Positions 55,026 through 64,000 of a stretch of DNA of 64,000 bases are shown here, piece after piece (the stretch's first letter is position 1; every line of letters starts with the position of its first letter). This DNA is from Nemertoderma westbladi (lineage: Eukaryota; Animalia; Xenacoelomorpha). The notes under the pieces are model-generated. The model did no database searches. It saw only the letters and a list, made by a program, of their open reading frames with translations, and had not been told where the DNA came from. A program made the translations under genes and the position numbers. The stretch spans positions 1 through 64,000 of the forward strand of contig JAUCBJ010001036.1 in assembly GCA_032718475.1 (NCBI GenBank), written 5' to 3'.

Positions 55026-55638
55026 GGACAATTCGGTCCCGGACAATTCGGTCCCGGACAATTCGGTCCCGGACAATTCGGTCCCGGACAATTCGGTCCT
55101 GGACAATTCGGTCCCGGACAATTCGATCTGGACAATTCGGTCCTGGTAAATTCGGTCCCGGACAATTCGGTCCCGGACAATTCGGTCCCGGACAATTCGG
55201 TCCCGGACAATTCGGTCCCGGACAATTCGGTCCCGGACAGTTTGGTCCGGTCAATTCGGTCCCGGACATTACAGTCCCGGACAATTCGGTCCCGGACAAT
55301 TCAGTCCTGGACAATTCGGTCCAGGACATGTCGGTCCGGGACAATTCGGTCTTGCTTGGACAATTCCGTCCCGACAATTCTGTCCTGGACAATTCGGTCC
55401 TGGACAATTTACTCCCGGACAATTCTGTCCCAGACAATTGGGTCCCGGACAATTCGGTCCCGGACAATTCGGTCCTGGACAATTCGGTCCCGGACAATTC
55501 GGTCCTGGACAATTCGGTCCAGACAATTCGGTCCCGGGCAATTCGGTCTCGGACAATTCGGTCCCATTAATTTTGTGTTTTGGGACCGTATTGTCCGGGA
55601 CCGAATTGTCCAGATACTGACTAGGACAATTCGGTCCC
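55026..55638. repeat. 15-bp minisatellite GGACAATTCGGTCCC with two inverted units; probably a repeat-rich non-autonomous element
   Basis: About 36 tandem units at 55026-55565, inverted units at ~55582-55611 and one more forward unit at ~55624. Confidence 0.9.
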
Positions 55639-57039
55639 AAACAGGGGCAGTTTCATGGGGGGGATGTGGGGGTGGGACACCCCCCTAATTCCCAACTAAA
55701 TGAAAAAGAGACGAAAATCCACGGGCAGCAGTGCGATATCTCATCGCGGTCAACGCTACAAAGTAAAATGCAAAACAGATACAGTAGGTGTGGAGCTATA
55801 TTAACAATGGTTACAGGATAGAAAACAATAAAACATTTCACGATGGAAAGACTGTCAGGTATGAAAGAATTTAGAGTCATTGTTACCGATAGCATGTGAA
55901 ACGGATATTGTTGAAACTATCGAATTGAGTACAGTAATTAAGAACTGGATTAAAATAGGATTTAAAAAAACGTAAGATTCAATTCAAATAATTAAAACGA
56001 TAATTTGTTGAATTGAATTTTTTTGTCAACTTTTATAAATTACTGTTAGTAGCCTACTACCTCGTTTTAAACATTAATATTTAGTTGTGATAATAGGGTT
56101 GCTGCGTGAAATTTTTCGAGCTGATATTATGATTGCATATTGTCAATTACTATTATGATTATATTTAATTATTAATTAGGCCTACTATTATAATTATCAC
56201 CGCATAAAAATATAAACATTTATTCGTGAATTGTTACTTTTTCGCTCGAATGTACCCCAAAATAGGGAGAAAAAAGTTTCACTTTTTTACCTAAGGAAAA
56301 TAGTAACCCGCAAGATTGCATTGATTTTACTTTTTTCCCTGCTTAAATTAAACAATTTTTGGTGGAATTTCTTATAAATACAGTATGTGGTTTTTCTCCA
56401 CATTTCACCACATTACATGTGGTAAAAGAGCATCAGCGTAGAAAAGGTTTGCACGTAATTGGAGCAAAATCCAGACACGGTCTCAAAAGTTATTGCAACT
56501 TTAGTGTCTGCACGGCGTACTCTAAAACGGAATTCAGTATCTAATATTAATAAGGTAGTTCCGTGCCCAGGTCACCGGGGTAATCATAATATTGTTGGGG
56601 GGAGTTTGATCTTTTACAGGTGACACAAAACTGATTTCGGTTGCCACATAGGAGGAACTTTTCAAACAGATTACTTAGATGGTCCAATATTAACATGTTG
56701 AATAGCTTAGCTCAATTGAAATCAGGCTAATTCCACGATATTATGAACAATATCAGTATTAGAAGGATTAGGGACATAAATACCTATTACATTATACGTA
56801 TTTATTCGGGTATGATAATTGTATGGTACATTATCTTGAATGAATAATTTGAATGATAATGAATTTGAATGAGTAACCTTGACTGCATCTTTAGAGACTT
56901 TAGAGATCTTTGAGACCGTTATAGTGAACTCTATCTTAACACTAGGGTTCTTCAAGGCAGACCAATCATGCTGACCTGAGGAATTCTTAATAGGTTTAAC
57001 AATGTTTTGTCTCCCAAGAATATTTCAATTAGGTAGTTA

Positions 57040-57529
57040 GGCCCCCTTCACACGGAGCAACTTGTTTCTGAAACTTGTTGCTGGACACCCTCACACACAG
57101 AAACTTGTTGCTGCACCTTGTTTCCGAAACTTGTTATTGTGTGTGAGGAGTCCAGCAACAAGTTGCTGCATCTTGTTTCAGAAACTTATTTCTGTGTGTG
57201 AGGGGGTCCAGCAACAAGTTGCTGGAAGTTATATTCCCAGCAACTTTTTTAAAAACCTTTTTCACATCCAATTTTTATATTAGAGCTAATATTCGATAAA
57301 TTGAGTGATTTAATAATATATATAAATGACTGGACATGTTAGCTATTTGTTTTGAAATAATTGTTATTTTCTTGAGCAACAAGTTTCTATGTGTGAGGGG
57401 GTCCAGCAACGAGTTGCTGAAACAAGTTTCGGAAACAAGTTGCAGCAACTTGTTTCTGTGTGTGAGGGGGTCCAGCAACAAGTTTCAGAAACAAGTTGCA
57501 GAAACAAGTTGCTCCGTGTGAGGGGGGCC
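57040..57529. mobile_element. PIF/Harbinger-type MITE
   Basis: TIRs GGCCCCCTTCACACGGAGCAACTTGTTTCTG and CAGAAACAAGTTGCTCCGTGTGAGGGGGGCC. TTA duplication at 57037-57039 and 57530-57532; internal repeats. Confidence 0.9.
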
Positions 57530-57829
57530 TTAGTTAGTTTATCTTTATTCATATAAAATTCAAATGTATAAAATACAAATGAGGCAGTTAATATTGAGAT
57601 ATTTACTGATAGCTAAATGAGCCAATGCCAATGCCAAAAATGCCAATGCTACTAAGTAGCACCTGTAACACAATGAATACCATACAAATATATATACATA
57701 TAAATTATAAAATATCTCTACTCGTAATAAATTTACTCCAACCAAAACATAACAAATAGTATTGGAACTAGGTGTTACTACCATCCTACTTCTTATTTAG
57801 TTCACGTTTAAAATTTGTTAGAAAATAGC

Positions 57830-59518
57830 ACCATCATCTGGCAAACCGCAGGATTGCATTATCATATTTGACGAGGTTCACATAAAGGCCAGTATACAGT
57901 AACGCGGCGGACATTTGATAGGACATGCAGTAGATGGACCATTCGAAACAATCTAACAATCAAAACCAGCTAGAAAGGTTCTGAGTATCATGGTTAAGCC
58001 CTTATTGAGATTGAGTAGATGTGCATTCATGGTGAAGTTGATCCCAGTCTACTCATTGCAGAATGACTTTCTCATAGAACAGCTTTCGAAGGTAATTAAC
58101 CTTGTAAATTCTTGCAATGGAAATGTGATTAGCCTATTAGCTGACAACTTATCTACAAACCGAACTGCCTTTAAATAGTACAACGCAAACTATGGTAATC
58201 CGAACTTTCCTTACCTTGGTTCAGTGTCTCCAGATGTTGGTCAATCTAAATTCTTCCACATGCTCTATGACCCGACTCATCTCCTTAAGTCAATTCGCAA
58301 TAACTGGGTCACTGAAAATATCCAAAGATTGACAATAAGGGTTCCTGGCACATCGCGTTATATTCGCGGTGACTGGAAGGACATTAAAGAGCTATACAAG
58401 GTTGATTCCATGAATATAGTGCGAATGACTACTCTAACCCAGGCAGCCATAAACCCATCTTCTTTTGAGAAGCAGAAGGTTTCTCTAACACTCCAGGTTT
58501 TCAATGAGAAAACTGTGGCCGCTTTAGCCTTGAGAGGAAACAAAGAGACAGCCGAGTTTGTTGATATAGTGCTGCGTTTCTGGAAGATTGTCAATGTCAA
58601 GTCCACTAGCATAGGATATAGGTTGAATGATCCTCACCGTTATCCAATAAAGCCGCCGACTGATTCCCGTTTGACATATCTGAGAGATTTGGCTGGTAAT
58701 ATTAAAGATATGAAAGGGGGGAAGGGAGTGAAACGTGTAGAGAGTTTGACCACAGAAACTCGAACCTCAATGATATCTACACTCGAAGGATTATGTGACA
58801 TTACAGAGAAACTGCTTAGATTCAATGGATATAATTATGTCTTGCTTGGCTTACTACATTCTGATCCGATCGAAGGAGAGTTTGGAGTATACAGGCAAAT
58901 GAGTGGCGAAAATTATAACATCTCTCTGGAACAGGTCATGTATTCAGAGAGATTACGACGAATGAAGATTTACCACAGCTTTGACATCGAACCTATTAGT
59001 CACGAAAAGAACCACTGCTGCACGAGCGAATTAACTAATAATGAACTGGAAGATATTGACTACGTCCTTGAAAATGAAGAATACAGCATTAGTGACACAG
59101 AGAAAAGCGCTTTGATGTACAGTATACATGCGGCTATGTGACCTTCAAGGAACAACTGCCCATTGATGTCTCAGAACTTAAAGATTGTTCACAACTTCCA
59201 AAGTGTGACTTCACGGACATGGTATCTAGAGGAAAGCTTTCAATTCCACGTGTAGACATATTGCATCTAGCCTGTGCTTCTCTGTCACTTACCAAACGGC
59301 GCTATATTGGATGTACAACCAGGATGAGGCGATTTGTCGATATCATATATGACAATACCGTGGTCGATAGTGCTATTGATGGTAGGAAGGCAGGTAATAT
59401 CCACAGACTCTGCAATATACGGATGAAGGGATTCTCCAAGTTCTACAGCAATAAAGCGGCTAATGACAGAGATGTAGAGACTAATAATAGGAAGAAGATA
59501 AAACTGAATAGCCAATAG
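57830..59518 (+). mobile_element. P-element/THAP9-like transposase pseudogene (catalytic core and C-terminus)
   Basis: IIFDEVHIK, LADNLSTNR, YDPTHLLKSIRNNW, FEKQKV and SDPIEGEFGVYRQMSG, with stops and frameshifts. Confidence 0.9.
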
Positions 59519-60219
59519 GGCTGCAATAACATAAATTAGACAGAGACTCTGTTGAATAATAGCTTACTGTAAGCTAAATGACGTGTTATCGAAAATGAAC
59601 ACTTATTTTGAATAAAAATTAAGTAAAGTTTTTCACCCGTTAGGCCGCGATTACATTACGCACAAAGTTCTTTGACTTATTCTCAGTAAATAAACAGTAA
59701 ATTTCCAGTAAACAATAATAAGTCTAACAGGTCTAACTGTACTCTGGGATAAACGTATCCCAGAGTCTGCTCTGGGATGCCTCCGTACAGATTATATATA
59801 TTTCGAAATATTGTGGCTCGTATATTTTATTAGGAGTTCGGTTTCCGTAGTAGATACAGTCAGTTATTTCACACAACTTATTTCAAAGGTTATTTCGAAT
59901 ATCTTTCAACAGTTAGTTATTTTATACTAATAAATTATCGCCAGCAAATTGTCGTAAAATATTTACATTAAGTACAATACTACATTAGGTTGTTAGCAAT
60001 ACAAATTAAAAACATTAAAAACGTTCGCATTAAAAACAATGAAAGGAAATTGAGAAGTTTACTTCTGTAAATTAAATTAATTAGGCATACACTGAATAGA
60101 AAAAACCGGCCTCTAATAAAATTAACACTGTATGCGAGCATCGCGTCCTGAATATATACTATGTTCTAGAAGTCCTTGGTGTGTGTTTATCTGGTTTTTG
60201 GTGTAGTTAGTTTGATTAA

Positions 60220-60275
60220 CATGTGTCCTGCACGGGTTAGTGTAGCTGATGAGCCAAATCCCGGCGAAACACATG
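60220..60275 (+). ncRNA. Type III hammerhead ribozyme
   Basis: Stem III CAUGUGU/ACACAUG (7 bp); GUC cleavage triplet ending at 60227; stem I CUGCAC/GUGUAG with loop GGGUUA; CUGAUGA (60246-60252); stem II GCC/GGC with loop AAAUCCC; GAAA (60266-60269). Confidence 0.9.
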
Positions 60276-60563
60276 CAAAAATGTAACCAATGTGATAATT
60301 TTACTTACAGTATTTAAACAGGGTTGCGCTTTGTGTTTAAATAAAATGATGACTACTTACGGTTGAACAGAGAGGAACATGTTGTTTCTCTGTTTCCAAT
60401 TAATTTTACTTGCTTGATATTGTTGGTCTGTCAAAAACATAATTCGTTCAACTCAAAATTATATTTAAGAGACCGGATCATGCTGAACATGGTTGTATAA
60501 AATACCTTCCTATTATTTTATTTTTATTATATATATAACTATATACAGTATTTAGGGCTGTAT

Positions 60564-61864
60564 CAGGGCCTTCATAAAATAACAGGCCTGGACACAGAGC
60601 TGCCCTCAAAAAAATAAGAGGCCAAGTAGGAAGTTTTCAAGAATAAAATCATAAAGGATTTACACAAATTGCCAATGGAGTTATGTTCTAGAACAAAAAT
60701 AATTTAATATTTTATTAAATACTTGTTGTGTGTTGTGAAATTTTGAAATTATGGTTAGACACTGCAGTGTCAATAACTGTGAAAGTGGGAGTCAGCGGAG
60801 TGCATTGAGAACTGTTTTTGCTCCACCAAAAAACGTCGAAAAGAGAAAGTTGTGGCAAGAGGCACTACGCGAAAATTGTGTAGTGACATTAACTGATAGT
60901 ATGGGAGTTTGTGAGAACCATTTCATTCCAAGTCATGTGATTGGAACAGGGCAAAGAAAGCGCCTTCATAGAGATGCAACACCGTTTTCGTGCCGGGGTA
61001 ATGTGGGAGCAAGCTCAAATTAATTTGCATCAACTGAAGAGAAGAGAAGACTTGTAAATGAGGGTGAAAGACTAGATGCGGAGATCAGAGAGTTTTTGTC
61101 AAGTGACATAATAGTGTCCACATCTCAATTCGATGAGGGCGAACTATCTGAACCAAACAAGCTATTCTATAACTTAATCCAGATAGCTGACGACAAAAAA
61201 CTCAAAAAGTTGAAAAGTGTTGGATGATGGAACTATTTACGTCAACATTTTACAAACATGATCGAAATACTAATTCTTTTTGTATAATTTATCTATGAAA
61301 CGCAATCTTTAATTTCAGTTCAGAAAATAAAGTAAATGTTTAATTAATCATTCACGTAATATCAATAAATTATTATCAGATATTAATGGTATCATCAATA
61401 AAAAGTTAGCTTACTTTATAACGAAATGGCTTTATATATAGATAGATATAGATATATAGATAGATATAGATATAGATGTATAGGCTACTGTATATAGCTT
61501 ACAGATAACGAAAAAGAGCCCTTACTTACCCGTTGCTAGGGCGAAAGTCATACCCGATATACTGTAGTGGGGTGGGTGTTGGTCACATAGCCCCAAACTT
61601 GTTAGTTCATACACGATATAGTACTGATTTCTGTTGATCCAATGGCCACAAAGTTGTTTGTTTACCCATTGCTAAGGAGAAAGTCACTGTTGCTATGGTA
61701 ACTGTGACTTAAAAATGTGTCCATTAAATTCCCCATACACGATATAGTACTGATATGTGTTGGTCCCATGATCATAGAGTGAAATGAAGTAACACTTCCT
61801 ACTTGGCCTCTTATTTTTTTGAGGGCAGCTCTGTGTCCAGGCCTGTTATTTTATGAAGGCCCTG
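60564..61864 (+). mobile_element. Non-autonomous P-superfamily element retaining the THAP domain
   Basis: ~71-bp TIRs CAGGGCCTTCATAAAATAACAGGCCTGG...; 7-bp duplication GCTGTAT at 60557-60563 and 61865-61871. ORF 60751-61023 reads CSVNNC...F..P......W...VCENHF...RL..DATP (C2CH THAP finger). Confidence 0.92.
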
Positions 61865-62059
61865 GCTGTATTCATATTTTATTTTGCAAAATAATAAAAT
61901 AAAGGTTAGAAGAATAATTGTGCTCATTTAATCGAGTTAACTGATACAATATGTAAGTGAAACTCCTATTTACTTGTGTAGCATCAAACCAGAAATCGCA
62001 TTAGTAACTGCGCTCGAGATGTGGCTGACATGTCTGTGGCCCAGGCCCGAGTCCCAGAC

Positions 62060-62983
62060 CATGGCCTACTATATTTATACGGCCTAACAGTTCACTTGAA
62101 CTGGCCTCTTAAAAAGAGGCCAGTTTTTTTTAACAATATTTTGAGATTTTGATATGGGAAGAGTTCTATAAATTTTCATTTGCAGCAATTTGGTCAATGG
62201 ACGTAATTGAAGTCTCCTCGTTAATTAAGCAAGATACTAAATTGTATGGTAGCTAGTGTTTTACATAGGTTTAGCTAGTAATTTCAACACTGGTTCCGAC
62301 ATCCTACTTCATTCTATAAATATTTTTTATTAGCTAGTTTTTATTACTATTTGTATAGAAAATGTTCCAGAACATGTTAGCTCTTCATTTTAAAAAAAAT
62401 ATGTTCTAGAACAAATATTTTTTGTTCTAGAACATTTTTTTTTTTTTAATCTGGATTATGTTTAAAACGCATGGAATCGTTCTAAAACGTGTTGAAAATT
62501 GTGAAAAAAAATATTGTTGAAAAATCTTTTCGAAAAAAAAAATTTTGAAAATTGTTTTTTATTAATTTTAAACACGTTTTAGAACTATTCCATGCGTTTT
62601 AAATAGAATCCAGATGTTTTTCAAAAAAATGTTCTAGAACAAATATTTTTTGTTAAACTTTTAAATTAATTTTAAATTTTTTTTTTAAAAATGAATAGCT
62701 AACATGTTCTGGAACATTTTTTTAAGTAGGATGTCGGAACCAGTGCAGTGTGGAAATTACTAGCTAAACCTACCTAAAACATTAGCTACCATAAAATTTA
62801 GAATTTAAAATTTAAAATTTAATGAGGAGACTTCAATTACGACCGTTGACCAAATTGCTGCAAATGAAAATTTATAGAACTCTTCCCATATCAAAATCTC
62901 AAAATATTGTTAAAAAAAACTGACCTCTTTTTAAGAGGCCAGTTCAAGTGACCTGTTAGACCGTATAAATATAGTAGGCCATG
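62060..62983. mobile_element. Foldback (almost fully palindromic) non-autonomous element with P-like ends
   Basis: Termini CATGGCCTACTATATTTATACGG and CCGTATAAATATAGTAGGCCATG; 7-bp duplication CCCAGAC at 62053-62059 and 62984-62990. Arms are complementary up to a centre near 62525. Confidence 0.9.
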
Positions 62984-62990
62984 CCCAGAC

Positions 62991-64000
62991 GCAGGTCTGT
63001 GATCCGGTCGTTGTTGGTTTGCTTTTGCTTTGATTGTAATAGCTATGGGAATTGTTCAATTAATGAAGTTGACATCTTTCATGGACATGATCTTAAGTTG
63101 TGCATTAGTTGTACGCTTTTAAGGTCCCCAAGCTGTATTAGTGCCTTAAGATTCCTTACCATGCCTCTTTACTGAAGTTGGTGAGGGATCTCCACAAATC
63201 GAAGAATGTACACAACGTTATGGAATGCACAATGGAATGGCGTTATACTGGTTTGGGTACCTGATGTTCCTTGCCCAATCCACGTTTCGTCCTACCGCGA
63301 ATTGGGCAACCTGAAATCTTCCTTAGCTTAACATTCTCTATACCATTCTTTAACATACTCTTAATTTGATGGTTTTTAGCGTTTTGACTCGTTGATACTG
63401 ATAAGATTAACTCGCTTTGTTTGCAGTAATAGTTATAAGCAGGCAGTTGTTGAGGTGTTCTTCAGCGGTATGCAGCACTGCTAAGCGTAATTTTCGTGGT
63501 GATGTCTCGGAGGTGCACAACGCACATCTCTGGAGTCTCTTCGGGGAGACATTTTCAGTTGGAGATCTATCTTGGCAGTGGACATGGATGTTGTTCCGCC
63601 ATCGCCGCATCGATGTGCTCGCCGACTCGTATAGGATTATGGTGATATCTTAGTTCTCCTCAGGTGTCAAGGCCTTTGGTGATGGCATTTGTTGACTGTG
63701 TAAAGGCCACCATTAGGGCGGCCCCTGATTGGCACTGTGTAACGTGAAGGAGAACGGTTGAGAGTTCAGCGTCTGGTGGGTCAGCGGGGTCCGCCACATA
63801 AAGGGCACACAGCCCAGAGGGGATATGGAACGCCTCCCACTTATCGCACTTCAATCCCAAGTGAGGCATTCGGATTCTATGTCGAACGTAGGCAGACTGC
63901 CTTGTAGGATAAAGCTGTGGGGATCTCGCCTGGCATTAGTGCAGGAGTAGGTAGGGGATGTGGAATGTATTTGGAAGGCGTCAGTTTGGTCGTACCTATC
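62991..64000 (-). mobile_element. Probable degraded retroelement coding remnant, continuing at ~61980-62059
   Basis: GC-richer, coding-like sequence that is contiguous across the foldback insertion. No diagnostic motif was confidently recognised. Confidence 0.3.

Noticed and set aside
54905-55688. GQFGP, GPNCP and SGTEL repeat ORFs resembling collagen or silk proteins
   Set aside because: A 15-bp minisatellite open in several frames on both strands, with indels and inverted units, fits a non-coding repeat better.
62360-62720. Repeated TTCTAGAA motifs as heat-shock elements
   Set aside because: Only two-unit nTTCnnGAAn cores, with no correctly spaced third unit. They are explained by the palindromic transposon.

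Overview
AT-rich animal (invertebrate-like) genomic DNA made up almost entirely of introns packed with transposable elements. Four short + strand exons (10620-10777, 22315-22465, 26650-26771, 54551-54748) splice in frame with GT-AG boundaries and matching phases. Together they encode the internal part of a protein with tandem beta/gamma-crystallin Greek-key motifs followed by a six-cysteine fibronectin type II-like module; neither end of the gene was found in the window. The introns hold several LINE families (two RTE families, RTE-X-like, CR1/L2-like, CRE-like elements with a restriction-like endonuclease), Penelope-like elements, a BEL/Pao LTR element, tRNA-derived SINEs, and piggyBac-, hAT-, Harbinger- and P-type DNA transposons. 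A ~6.5 kb 21-bp satellite carries two retroelement insertions. One nest is four layers deep, with three target-site duplications intact. Two hammerhead ribozyme motifs are visible: a canonical type III hammerhead at 60220-60275 on the host-gene strand, and a variant core in a Penelope pseudo-LTR. All calls come from reading motifs by eye, so clade assignments and ribozyme activity are untested.
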